Shown piece after piece: positions 17,067-26,317 of a DNA stretch of 53,406 bases (within the stretch, counting starts at the first letter, position 1; every line of letters starts with the position of its first letter). Below the pieces are notes generated by a model that was given only the letters and a program-made list of their open reading frames with translations, was not told where the DNA came from and made no database searches. The DNA lies in the IMG/VR virus record IMGVR_UViG_3300030708_002291, positions 1 to 53,406 of that record, one strand, 5' to 3'. The stretch is from a virus (Duplodnaviria; Caudoviricetes). The position numbers and the translations under genes are program-made.

Positions 17067-17308
17067 CCGGGCCTAGAAAGGAGGCTATCAAGGACTTCTG
17101 TGTCAGGAAGATACATGAGAACGGGCCATTGAACATCCACTCCATCTATGATCTCATGATTGATTCATTGGGGACGAGGATACCATCAAGGAGAGTCGTC
17201 TCTGGGTGGCTATCGACGGATACCAGATTGAGGAAGGACAACGCGCTCAACGTATGGACGCTTAGAGACAGGTCGAGAATGATGCGTCACAGGTGGGATA
17301 GAAGATGA
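17063..17308 (+). CDS. Small winged-helix-like protein
   Basis: GPL.IHSIYD...PSRR.VS.WL..D.R......W.L pattern. Confidence 0.5.
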   Translation: MTGPRKEAIKDFCVRKIHENGPLNIHSIYDLMIDSLGTRIPSRRVVSGWLSTDTRLRKDNALNVWTLRDRSRMMRHRWDRR

Positions 17309-17433
17309 CTTCCAAGATCATTGAGAATTGCAGGATGTGCGGTCTGAAGCGTATCATGTGGGGAAGCCATGATGGATCTCTATACTGCAAGCAGTGCTTT
17401 GAGAACAGGGGCAAGATGGAGTTGTCGAAATGA
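17305..17433 (+). CDS. Small Zn-finger protein (42 aa; not in the ORF track)
   Basis: MTSKIIENCRMCG...LYCKQCFE; ATGA overlaps at both ends. Confidence 0.6.
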   Translation: MTSKIIENCRMCGLKRIMWGSHDGSLYCKQCFENRGKMELSK

Positions 17434-17708
17434 GTGAGACTGATTGGGACATGCTTGATTACGGCAACTTAGATCACATGAGCAGACATGAACTGGAGGA
17501 CGCGGTGCGTGAATCATGGGCTGTCATTGAGAAGTTGCGAAGGTATGAGCAAGACCACAAAGAACTGTGCGACATCATTCTTAACTTCTCACCACAAGAT
17601 TCCGAAGAGGATGATGACATCCATGAACAATGGCTGGAATCAGTATCACAAGGCTACATGGGTAGTGTCTATGACTATGTAATGATGAAGCGAGAGGAGG
17701 CGATTTGA
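17430..17708 (+). CDS. Acidic hypothetical protein
   Basis: Coupled ORF. Confidence 0.6.
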   Translation: MSETDWDMLDYGNLDHMSRHELEDAVRESWAVIEKLRRYEQDHKELCDIILNFSPQDSEEDDDIHEQWLESVSQGYMGSVYDYVMMKREEAI

Positions 17709-17903
17709 ATGAGATTCAAAGTCGGTGACATACTCATCAACAAGCATACAGGTGATTCCGTTAAGGTAATCAAATACGAACCTGAGTGGGCCATTCCCGT
17801 CTATGAGGTCGAGGACATCGATAGTGGCCGTGTTGGTAGGTTCAATCAGAAATACACCCGGCATTGGGACCTTGTAATGACTAATGGAGGGGAGGATGAA
17901 TGA
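17709..17903 (+). CDS. Small beta-barrel (SH3/KOW-like) hypothetical protein
   Basis: MRFKVGD...G..VKV...YEV. Confidence 0.5.
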   Translation: MRFKVGDILINKHTGDSVKVIKYEPEWAIPVYEVEDIDSGRVGRFNQKYTRHWDLVMTNGGEDE

Positions 17904-18304
17904 TTCGATGTTCCCATGTCGAGAATGGCATCCAATGTAGCGAGAGTGCGATTGAATTGTATAAATACAAATCTATGAACTACGCCGATTATAAAATGCA
18001 AGAGCGTACAGTCATGAGCAAATACTGCTTTGAACATCATTGTGAACATCACTTCGGTCCATCTGAAACACTATCCTCATATTGTGCAGAATGCCCTGAA
18101 GATGCCGAGCCGATGATTGTAATGAACAAAAGATTGGAGTTATTGCACAGAATGGAAGAGGGGATGTGGGGCGACCCTAAAGGAGATGGCGACATATCAT
18201 CCGATCATGGATACTGTTGTCCCGAACATGGTGGTAGCAAAGACCAATGGGCAAAATATGCATCACGTAAATCTATCACTTTTGTAAGGAGTGATTGCAG
18301 ATGA
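17900..18304 (+). CDS. Cys/His-rich hypothetical protein
   Basis: Several C/H pairs; visibly more AT-rich than neighbours. Confidence 0.55.
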   Translation: MIRCSHVENGIQCSESAIELYKYKSMNYADYKMQERTVMSKYCFEHHCEHHFGPSETLSSYCAECPEDAEPMIVMNKRLELLHRMEEGMWGDPKGDGDISSDHGYCCPEHGGSKDQWAKYASRKSITFVRSDCR

Positions 18305-18612
18305 GCAGTAAAAGTGACAAGACATACCAAGTCGGTCCCAAGGATGTCACCTTCAACAAGCGTCCTAAGGGAAGGGATGCGAAGCAGGTATGGGTATGGG
18401 CGTCTCAGGTGTTCGGGGCTCCCCCCGGATGGATGAGGATGATACCAGCCCAGACATCATTCAATGGCAAGACTACTAAGACTACCAAGTGGCTTTTGGC
18501 TAGGGACGCTGACGATGAGAAGGCGGAGATAGAGATCAATGCCACGGCCAAGAAGGCAGCATCCATGCTGTATGATATGGCATGTGAGATACAGAGGGAA
18601 CGAAGTGATTGA
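18301..18612 (+). CDS. Hypothetical protein
   Basis: ATGA coupling; GGAGTGA site. Confidence 0.6.
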   Translation: MSSKSDKTYQVGPKDVTFNKRPKGRDAKQVWVWASQVFGAPPGWMRMIPAQTSFNGKTTKTTKWLLARDADDEKAEIEINATAKKAASMLYDMACEIQRERSD

Positions 18613-19243
18613 GATACCAAAGGCTCCTAAGGTTCCTATCTTCATAGGGGTTGCCAGATGGGCAGAGGTCTTGCTCATGGTCAATCCAACAGGAGATGTT
18701 CCATTGAAGTCGGATGTTTCAGGAACCGAAGATGGTATGGCATGGGACAAGAGAAACCCACTCATCATATTCCCCATGCTTGACCCTCCCATTGGATTGG
18801 GGGCTAGGGCTCATCCCATGCTTGCTTATGATCCTGTATCAGGAAGGAGAGGATGGGTATGCGTCTCGCTGTTCAAGGACAAGACGCTGCTAAATGTGTC
18901 TCCCTTATCCGAAGACCCAGATGACGAGTCTCTCCTTAGAGAGATAACGGATCATTTCGCAGCGTCTAATTGGGATGCTATTCCCGGTATGATAGACATC
19001 GACAATATATCCAGACTGATACCAGAAGACATGAAGCAAAGGAAGTCAGTCCAATCAGGATTCGATCCGTTGGCATCGGTATGGTGGGCAGGAGAGTCCT
19101 GTGATGCCTGTGGAGCCCCTACATTGGATAGGGAGGACGATGATCCATGCCCTGTATGTGGAGAACCCAAGGTGTTCAAGAAGCAGCCTGAGGTTGACAT
19201 GAGTGATGATGGCTCATTCGGCCTTGGTGATGAGTGGATATAG
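18605..19243 (+). CDS. Hypothetical protein with C-terminal rubredoxin-like Zn ribbon
   Basis: CDACG...CPVCG; probable GTG start. Confidence 0.65.
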   Translation: MIEIPKAPKVPIFIGVARWAEVLLMVNPTGDVPLKSDVSGTEDGMAWDKRNPLIIFPMLDPPIGLGARAHPMLAYDPVSGRRGWVCVSLFKDKTLLNVSPLSEDPDDESLLREITDHFAASNWDAIPGMIDIDNISRLIPEDMKQRKSVQSGFDPLASVWWAGESCDACGAPTLDREDDDPCPVCGEPKVFKKQPEVDMSDDGSFGLGDEWI

Positions 19244-19586
19244 AGAGAGGATATATCCTATTCCAGTGTGGAAGACAACCATGGCAGACGCAAGAGGAAT
19301 GGCAATAGCCATTGAGAGGAGATACAGGATGCTCTCCAATCCATGGAGAGAGATCATCGCAGAGATAAGGGCAGAGCGCGGATCGCTTCTGGCTTCAGCA
19401 GAATTCTCAGACCTAGTTGGCGTCGAGAGATCAGATGCCCTTGATGCTCTTGACTCTCGCCTAAGGACAGCAGAGGATTGGGTTAGAAGATACGAGGATG
19501 AGAGGCATCAGCATCCATTCCTAGTGAGGAGATGGCTGAAGTCCCTATCCACCATGACTGATGATGAGTTGGAGGGCAACGCATGA
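19230..19586 (+). CDS. Hypothetical helical protein
   Basis: Overlapping ORF in the operon. Confidence 0.6.
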   Translation: MSGYRERIYPIPVWKTTMADARGMAIAIERRYRMLSNPWREIIAEIRAERGSLLASAEFSDLVGVERSDALDALDSRLRTAEDWVRRYEDERHQHPFLVRRWLKSLSTMTDDELEGNA

Positions 19587-19735
19587 GTATTGAGAACGAT
19601 GAGATAGTTCTGCATACATACTGCAACGATTGTGGCAGTAAGATGCGTCCATCAAAGACTAGAAAGAATCTCGCAACAGGAGAGGTATTGCCGACTCTTG
19701 AGTGTGCCATGTGCAGAAAGTGGGTGTTTGAATGA
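19583..19735 (+). CDS. Small Zn-ribbon protein (50 aa; not in the ORF track)
   Basis: MSIENDEIVLHTYCNDCG...LECAMCRKW; ATGA overlaps at both ends. Confidence 0.6.
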   Translation: MSIENDEIVLHTYCNDCGSKMRPSKTRKNLATGEVLPTLECAMCRKWVFE

Positions 19736-20247
19736 GTATGGAGATAACAGAGGAACAAGTGCATTGGGCTTACAGGCTGTTCAACAGCCTCGCCCCACAT
19801 GGAAGATGGACGCTGCCCGGAGTGGGAGTGTATGAGAGGACAGGAGACAGGACACTCACCTTCGTTGAGATGTTCACCAGTAAGCCAAGGCCGGATGCCA
19901 TGGTGTCGATATGGGATCAGCACGACTTCATCGTCGCCCTTGCCAACTCCTTGGATTGGGAGGTGCAGGTCAACATCGTGTCAGCGTATGACATAGACCA
20001 CAACCCCCTGAACATACCAGAGGATAGGATAGGGGAAGTTGCCGTATGCTCCAAGAAGTGCGGGACCATCGTTCGCATCGAGCCTCCTGAACCGGGCGTC
20101 GTCCTCCATAAGATAGAGAGCAAGAAGTGTCCGATATGCGATAAGGTTGGATTCACTAAGGAATGGGATGGGCTCCATGTCTATGTCGATTCCAGAGGTG
20201 CTGCTCTGCGGCAGGAGAGAGAGATGGACAGGAGAGAGGAGGAATGA
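19732..20247 (+). CDS. Hypothetical protein with Zn ribbon
   Basis: CSKKC...CPIC; coupled ORF. Confidence 0.7.
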   Translation: MSMEITEEQVHWAYRLFNSLAPHGRWTLPGVGVYERTGDRTLTFVEMFTSKPRPDAMVSIWDQHDFIVALANSLDWEVQVNIVSAYDIDHNPLNIPEDRIGEVAVCSKKCGTIVRIEPPEPGVVLHKIESKKCPICDKVGFTKEWDGLHVYVDSRGAALRQEREMDRREEE

Positions 20248-20534
20248 GCAAATCACATAACTTCAACAACGAAGTTCACCATGTGCTGGAACCCACGCTC
20301 CATATGGGCGAGGAAATTCACATCATGACCACAAATGCCTATGCTGATCGTGTTATGAACATAAGGATGAATAGAGTAGTGCCGTCGAGAACGGGCTATG
20401 TTGGATACACCAAGGTCGGGTTCTTCATTACGAGGGATGAAGCCATCAAACTTAGAGACGCGCTTTCAACGATCATTGATGATGATGATGCATGGATGGT
20501 AGTGGAGGGGGACACGATAGATGGAGACTCCTGA
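20244..20534 (+). CDS. PC4/YdbC-like ssDNA-binding protein
   Basis: EIHI.......RVMNIR...........TKVGFFI....A.KL follows the PC4 pattern (DIR...TKKGI.L). Confidence 0.55.
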   Translation: MSKSHNFNNEVHHVLEPTLHMGEEIHIMTTNAYADRVMNIRMNRVVPSRTGYVGYTKVGFFITRDEAIKLRDALSTIIDDDDAWMVVEGDTIDGDS

Positions 20535-20916
20535 TTGGACTGACTTGTCGGGTTTCACTAAGCAGCACTATGCAATCATCGACAAAGCCTGCGTCATCAT
20601 AGCATCTGATCCAGAGCCTGTCGCCAAGTTGGCTAAGGACATCTGGACTGCATCTAGGAAGGTAGCAAACAGGACTCCTATGTCGTTATGCTTCGATTGC
20701 GTCTATATCGCTGCGAATGCACTAGGAGTTCCAGCCTCCAAGTCATTCGTTAAATTCGTCTCCAACAAGGTCGTTGGTAAGAGCGTCACGCCCATGGTTT
20801 CCAACAAGGGCGCTAAGGGAGACAGGTGGTTCATCAGCAAGGAGGGCAAAGACGCCATCATGGATGTCATCGATGACGAGGATATCTATGAGGACCTATT
20901 CAAGGAATGGTTGTGA
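20521..20916 (+). CDS. TFIIB/TFB cyclin-repeat-like protein
   Basis: AKDIW......NRTPMSLCFDCVYIAANALGVP aligns by eye with the TFB repeat GRSP...AAA.LYIA....G.P. Confidence 0.5.
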   Translation: METPDWTDLSGFTKQHYAIIDKACVIIASDPEPVAKLAKDIWTASRKVANRTPMSLCFDCVYIAANALGVPASKSFVKFVSNKVVGKSVTPMVSNKGAKGDRWFISKEGKDAIMDVIDDEDIYEDLFKEWL

Positions 20917-22328
20917 TGCTGCCATTCAGATCATTGGCAGAGTCATGGAGGATACTCTCCAATAACAGACTCAGAAAAAGAAGCGAAGTCATATGCGGAA
21001 ACATCCTTGCTTGTAGGGATCCATATGTCGCAGTATCCTTTCTGTATCCTGTTGATGGTCGAAAGAGATTGTCGGATGAGGACTTCAGAGAGATCTTCTT
21101 TCTCCTGACTGACGCATACCCAGAGGAGGTGTATGATGACCCAGACCCGATACATCTCCTCTCCACGCTCTCAGAATCCGAATTGACTCAGATCGACTCC
21201 GCCTCAGTCATGAGGAGGATAGACATGATCTTGGATGCAGAGGACAATGAGAGTAGGGCGGACATGCTGCGACCATGCTTCGATAGAATATCTAGGATTG
21301 ATATGTTCGCTGTGCTAATGAGGTTGAGCGTGAGGGGATCTCCTGTGACGAGGAGGGATGTGATGCAGGCGATGTCCAAAGCATACGACCAACCATTCCA
21401 TCAAATCAGAACATCCGTCAACCTGTTCGGTATGGAGAACACCCTCAACACACTATCCTTAGGGTCATTTGACTATTCGACCATAAGACCGCTCCTTGGT
21501 AGCCCCTTGGTAATACCATCTCCATCCATGGTCACATCAATCGGGGATGTCAAGTTCGGCAAGTGTTTCGCGGAATCCTTGGAGGGCGTGTATGTCACAT
21601 TGCACAACTCTCCTGCTGGCGTCAAGGTGTTCGACGTGGGTGGGGTGGAGATCGAGGATGTGGATTGGGCGGAGGGATGGGTGTCGATAGCCTCGGTCCC
21701 CTATGGCATATTCCTGTGCGACTATGCGGAGAATAGGGATAATCCCATGATGATGGTCGATTGGCTGTCCCCAGATGACCCATCATGGACGTTCTTCAGG
21801 CGTCGTAAGAGCATGGAGTCCATGCCGCCGTGGGCGCTGAAGCCGATGCAAGTCCTTGATGGACCTCATCTCTCCGATGGCTATGCAGCCATGGGACAGC
21901 CATACCTGCTAAGGAACAGCGCATCCATCCTATCATATGAGAACACCATGCAAGAAGTCGTTCTGGTAGTGCCAGAGAGTCCCACAGAGCGTATCCTTAG
22001 AGTCATGAGCGGCAGAGTGGTCCCATCCACTACTGGAGGTCCTCCTCGGCTTCTATGGGCTCTTGGAGCGAGGGATGGATTCGATTACCTCAAAGTGGCT
22101 GAGTGCGAGTCCCCATTCGATTTCAATCACTATTGCGCCCCATACAAGAGACAAGATGGCGAGGCCATCAAGGTCGAGACGCCGTTGTTCGTCAAGGCCA
22201 GCATCACGTCATCTGGATGGGGTGACATAGGTCCGTATGCCGATGCCGCCATCACAGGGCTCGCACCATCGGCTGGGATCAATGACTGCTTGGGTGCGGA
22301 GGAGTTGGGCTATGCCGATCTTGACTGA
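20916..22328 (+). CDS. ATP-dependent DNA ligase-like protein, probably inactive
   Basis: Size and three-domain layout of a ligase; FAESLEGVYVTLH...VKVF aligns with E.KYDG.R.Q.H...V.(I/L)F but lacks the catalytic Lys; LGARDG..Y.KVA suggests an OB domain. Confidence 0.55.
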   Translation: MLPFRSLAESWRILSNNRLRKRSEVICGNILACRDPYVAVSFLYPVDGRKRLSDEDFREIFFLLTDAYPEEVYDDPDPIHLLSTLSESELTQIDSASVMRRIDMILDAEDNESRADMLRPCFDRISRIDMFAVLMRLSVRGSPVTRRDVMQAMSKAYDQPFHQIRTSVNLFGMENTLNTLSLGSFDYSTIRPLLGSPLVIPSPSMVTSIGDVKFGKCFAESLEGVYVTLHNSPAGVKVFDVGGVEIEDVDWAEGWVSIASVPYGIFLCDYAENRDNPMMMVDWLSPDDPSWTFFRRRKSMESMPPWALKPMQVLDGPHLSDGYAAMGQPYLLRNSASILSYENTMQEVVLVVPESPTERILRVMSGRVVPSTTGGPPRLLWALGARDGFDYLKVAECESPFDFNHYCAPYKRQDGEAIKVETPLFVKASITSSGWGDIGPYADAAITGLAPSAGINDCLGAEELGYADLD

Positions 22329-22707
22329 GGAGGATAGACACCTCGTTGCCCTCGCCTCCTCCCTTAGGGCTGGCGTGAGATGCGAGAGAAGCAAATCGAA
22401 GCCATCTGGATATCTCATCAGGACTGAGATATGGTTTCCCAATGGAGCGTATCATAGAGTCAGGGATACCGCTGGAAAGGCTATCGAATCCAAAGGATTG
22501 CCATTCAGAAGAAGATACACAAAACCTGAGGAGATATCATCCATACTCATGATGATAGAGGGGTTAGAAACGATCAATACCGATCCGAAGGGAATCATGA
22601 CGGCCCGTGAGTTTAATGGTCGGATATCCAACCCAAAGTCATATCAAGACGTTATGAAGACGATAACCATGCTGGATGAATTCCACTGCTCAATCAATAA
22701 GAATTGA
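22312..22707 (+). CDS. Hypothetical protein, possible degenerate LAGLIDADG-like fold
   Basis: VRCERSKSKPSGYLIRTEIWF resembles the LAGLIDADG beta-hairpin; no intact LAGLIDADG motif. Confidence 0.45.
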   Translation: MPILTEEDRHLVALASSLRAGVRCERSKSKPSGYLIRTEIWFPNGAYHRVRDTAGKAIESKGLPFRRRYTKPEEISSILMMIEGLETINTDPKGIMTAREFNGRISNPKSYQDVMKTITMLDEFHCSINKN

Positions 22708-22766
22708 GAGAGGTTATATGTCAATCAAGTAGTCGTCTCAACCCAAGAATAGTTGGTGATCAAAAG

Positions 22767-24071
22767 ATGACATCGAATGAACAACAAATAGATCGAATAA
22801 TGAATGCAACAGGGTGGAGCAATGAGGAGTTCACACAGAAGTTCTCTGAGTTCGTCGCAGAGATGTATCCTGAATTATGGGAGGCTGCTGGCAAATCGAC
22901 AGCAGGCCTAGATGAAGAGGACTTTGACACGTTCATGGCAGCGTTTGAAGTCACCACCATAAGAAGAGGCGGCGGTGGAAACGCTGGAAAGGGACCAGAT
23001 TGGGTCGGCATGATCGTCGGCTACATCGGAACGAGGGACCTTATGGAGAAGCAGAGGACTGCTGTCATAGAGGCATCTGGAGACATATCCAGTCTCCTAA
23101 GATATGGCATCAGCACAGGCAATAAACCCGTTAGTGTTGGAAGGGTCGGCTGGAAAGATACGTCATGGACCGTCTATGACCACAGTGACAAGCCACTATT
23201 CCGACAGCAGGGCGTTGAGACTGAACCGCCTGAGTGGGCTATCCCCGGAAAGACAGGAGTATTGTTCGCTCTTATGGGTGCGAACGGGCCAAAGAAGGCA
23301 TACTCGTTCAAGAGAGAATGGCTTGTAGTTGTGAATGAGAAGGACAAGTTCCTATCAGAAGGACCATTGCCACCTATGACATTAGAATGTTCATGGGATG
23401 CTGCTGAAGTCGATATCAGGATGAACGTGCCTGTTATGTTCAAGGCAGAGAAGGACACTGCATGGTATGACTCTCAAGTGCCTGTGCTGAAGGCAGGAAA
23501 CATAGCGCCACAGTATGGTCTTGATTGGGTCGATGACAGCATCATGATGAAGGTGCAGGACATGTTCTCTCCTGAGCAGTTCCTGCCGCAGTTCGTCCCC
23601 TATGAGCCAGACCTATCCAAAGTGCATGAATACCATGATGAGAACCTCAGGCTAACCGATCAAGGCAGAGAAATCGGACCGACTTTCCTAATCAGGGGCG
23701 TTGTCGATTACCTTGACCATGATGGCAAGGAGAGAGAATACTCAGAAGGAGGGTATCAGCATTCATTGACTCTCATGAGCAACTCGCTAAGGAATGCAGA
23801 TTCCAATGCGTCGATATGGATCGATGTCTCTAGGAAACTTGTCACCATGGGTGCATTCAACGTCGTCAAGAACAATGAGACGCATACCTATGCCAAAGGC
23901 TCACAGGTATTCGCAGTCGTTCAGACTAGATCATGGACAGACACTGTGGGAGACATAAGACTCTCATTCGCTGCCAAGAACGTATGGGCATCGCCCCTAA
24001 GATCAATCATTGCTGAAGATGTCCCTGAGGATGCTGGTGACATGGGTGACTTTGGCGGGTTCAGGGGGTGA
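22767..24071 (+). CDS. Replication-module protein, probable OB-fold ssDNA-binding protein
   Basis: Beta-rich C-terminal half with an acidic tail ending DFGGFRG; directly upstream of the ATPase, exonuclease and primase. Confidence 0.5.
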   Translation: MTSNEQQIDRIMNATGWSNEEFTQKFSEFVAEMYPELWEAAGKSTAGLDEEDFDTFMAAFEVTTIRRGGGGNAGKGPDWVGMIVGYIGTRDLMEKQRTAVIEASGDISSLLRYGISTGNKPVSVGRVGWKDTSWTVYDHSDKPLFRQQGVETEPPEWAIPGKTGVLFALMGANGPKKAYSFKREWLVVVNEKDKFLSEGPLPPMTLECSWDAAEVDIRMNVPVMFKAEKDTAWYDSQVPVLKAGNIAPQYGLDWVDDSIMMKVQDMFSPEQFLPQFVPYEPDLSKVHEYHDENLRLTDQGREIGPTFLIRGVVDYLDHDGKEREYSEGGYQHSLTLMSNSLRNADSNASIWIDVSRKLVTMGAFNVVKNNETHTYAKGSQVFAVVQTRSWTDTVGDIRLSFAAKNVWASPLRSIIAEDVPEDAGDMGDFGGFRG

Positions 24072-24076
24072 AATGA

Positions 24077-25348
24077 ATGGCTGGAACAGGATTCATTGAC
24101 AATTGGGAGAAGGTTGACCCCAAAACAGGAAAGAAGGCAGACGGCACTTCTGCGCCTAAGCCACGTCCAAAGAAGCAGGAGGCCACAAAGAAGAACGTAT
24201 GGGGCGAAGACATCGATCCTAATGCTCCGACTGTGCAACAGTTGAGAGAGGAGGAGGAAGCGATGATAAAAGAGGAGGAGAAGGCGAGGAAGGCCAAGGC
24301 CAAGGCCAAGGCCAAGGCACAGGTCCCCGTACCCGTTCCAAAGGATCTCAAGCAACCGAAACCAGCGGCTCCTAAAGCCGTCACGACCCCAGAAGCAGGA
24401 AATGTGGATTGGAACCCAATAGAGACAGAGATAGCCGCAGCAAGGGCATCGAAGGAATGGAAGGGCAACTACATCCTGATGGGCATAGCAGGTCCTCCAA
24501 AGAGTGGAAAGACGGGATCGATACTAGACAGCCTCACTGACAAGGAGATAGACAATGGCGCTGAGATATGGCATCTTGACTTCGACCTTGGTGGAGAGAC
24601 GACCAAGGCTGCACATCACCCCGGAAACAACAACATCGTTGTTCTCAATCCATGGGTGTTGAACAAGAACAAGAGCAGAGTCCCGTATGACTTCCCAGCG
24701 ACATACCAGAAGACCCTTGACTTCCTATTGGCTGCTGTCGATCAGGCAGACAGGCAGGCTGCATACTTCGCAGAGCATGGGGAGATGCCAAAACCATACC
24801 TGAAGACGATATGCTTTGATGGCGCTGACCACTGGCTGAACATCTGTGAGACGACCATGAAGGTCGATGACCTGAAGTTGGGTCCAGATGGCATCTCCGT
24901 GGCAGGAAAGGATGCCACGACCAAGATTGGCAGGTTCAACTGGAACATACGAAAGAACAGATACAACAGCGCACTGACGGTGTTGCAGGAATTGTGCAGG
25001 AGAGGTGTCCATTGCTACATCATCACGCACATGAAGCCTCAATACGACTCGACGGGCGCTGAGATCATCGGAGCAGGTAGCCCCCACTGGTTGAAGGACA
25101 CAGAGGGATGGCTCCAGCAGACCGCCATCATCGAGGTCGATGAGGAGAGGGACGACAGAGGGGAGTTGACGGGCATCGTCAATTCCTATGCTGTGGTCAC
25201 GCAGAACCGAACGAGCCTCAAGTCCCCCGGAAGAATACATCTCTTCAGGAAGGACAAGGATGGCGGCGAATGGTATGGCTGGCCCGGACTGAGGGATGGA
25301 TCAATTGACCATCCTGACAACGTGATCCAAGAAGATTCTAAAAACTGA
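24077..25348 (+). CDS. AAA_24/Sak4-like (RecA-fold) recombination ATPase
   Basis: Walker A GPPKSGKT; LDFD.G; ICFDG; IITH; K/P/A-rich disordered N-terminus. Confidence 0.75.
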   Translation: MAGTGFIDNWEKVDPKTGKKADGTSAPKPRPKKQEATKKNVWGEDIDPNAPTVQQLREEEEAMIKEEEKARKAKAKAKAKAQVPVPVPKDLKQPKPAAPKAVTTPEAGNVDWNPIETEIAAARASKEWKGNYILMGIAGPPKSGKTGSILDSLTDKEIDNGAEIWHLDFDLGGETTKAAHHPGNNNIVVLNPWVLNKNKSRVPYDFPATYQKTLDFLLAAVDQADRQAAYFAEHGEMPKPYLKTICFDGADHWLNICETTMKVDDLKLGPDGISVAGKDATTKIGRFNWNIRKNRYNSALTVLQELCRRGVHCYIITHMKPQYDSTGAEIIGAGSPHWLKDTEGWLQQTAIIEVDEERDDRGELTGIVNSYAVVTQNRTSLKSPGRIHLFRKDKDGGEWYGWPGLRDGSIDHPDNVIQEDSKN

Positions 25349-25366
25349 TATGGGGTGTATTGATGA

Positions 25367-26317
25367 ATGGCCGAATTGATGAAGATACGAGAGCCAAGGG
25401 CATATGATGTCCCCGGCAAGCCCGGTTTGAAGTCAACCTATGGTTGGCATCCCGGTATGCCTCCTGACATCATACTCAGGGTGTCCAAGACATCTCTTGG
25501 CACTGCTGGGTTCTGTGCCCAGCAGTATTTCCTGAAGTATCCCTTGGGGATAAAGGAGCCTGCCAATGACAACATGATTAGGGGATCCAACGTCCACGAT
25601 GCGATAGAGGAGTTCTATCAGAACATGAATCTATCATACGCACTGTCTATGAGATCCTATGGATATGATGAGGTGAAGAAGTATTTCCTCACCCACATAT
25701 CCGAGGACAAGGGATATGCATTGGGGGAGGAGGATCATCTCGTCAAGTATCTCGATGCCGAGGCAAAGAGGTTCATGACCGCCGAGGATGAATACTTCCT
25801 CCCCATCGGGAACGAGGTTTCCCTCGATGCTGTTGTTGAGATTGACGGTGTGCTTGTTCATCTTACAGGAATCGTTGACAGACTGTTTGCAGATGGAGAT
25901 GGGATACCCCATGTCCATGAGTTGAAGACTGGAGTATGGAGTGGTAAGCCTAGAAAATGGGAACACATGAGGAAGGAGATGGCATACTATGTCTATCTCA
26001 TCAAGAGATCCGAGCATGAGGTCCTTGGAGGACTCGATGTTGAATGGTGGGGGTGGGACCACACTGGTGCTGACGATATATTCAGACACATAGAAGCCGT
26101 GAGAGTCAAGGAGGTTTCATCGATGATGAAGTCCTTGAAGGACCTCGTTGGTATGCACAAGCAATACACTGGAAACAAGAACGGGGTCATGTTCCCCCTC
26201 AAGGACGAGGGGGCTGTGAAATACATATGCGAGCCATGGTGTGCAATCAAGGGATTCTGTCCCAGATACTATGAGGTTCTCAAACCATCTAATTTGAGAC
26301 AGGAGGCCTTCTCTTGA
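25367..26317 (+). CDS. PD-(D/E)xK exonuclease (AddB/Cas4-like, Fe-S)
   Basis: S.T.L....FC..QY, RGS.VH, GIVDRL, VHELKTG and C-terminal C..WC.....CP. Confidence 0.85.
   Translation: MAELMKIREPRAYDVPGKPGLKSTYGWHPGMPPDIILRVSKTSLGTAGFCAQQYFLKYPLGIKEPANDNMIRGSNVHDAIEEFYQNMNLSYALSMRSYGYDEVKKYFLTHISEDKGYALGEEDHLVKYLDAEAKRFMTAEDEYFLPIGNEVSLDAVVEIDGVLVHLTGIVDRLFADGDGIPHVHELKTGVWSGKPRKWEHMRKEMAYYVYLIKRSEHEVLGGLDVEWWGWDHTGADDIFRHIEAVRVKEVSSMMKSLKDLVGMHKQYTGNKNGVMFPLKDEGAVKYICEPWCAIKGFCPRYYEVLKPSNLRQEAFS

Noticed and set aside
22312-22707. Active homing endonuclease or mobile intron
   Set aside because: No intact LAGLIDADG motif and no interrupted host gene; kept only as a low-confidence fold guess.
24290-24318. 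Tandem AAGGCC repeat
   Set aside because: Simply encodes KAKAKAKA in a disordered linker; a similar run occurs at about 31735-31757.
25367-26317. Cas4-like gene as evidence for a CRISPR-Cas system
   Set aside because: No array or other cas genes; it sits beside a Sak4-like ATPase and primase, typical of a viral recombination exonuclease.
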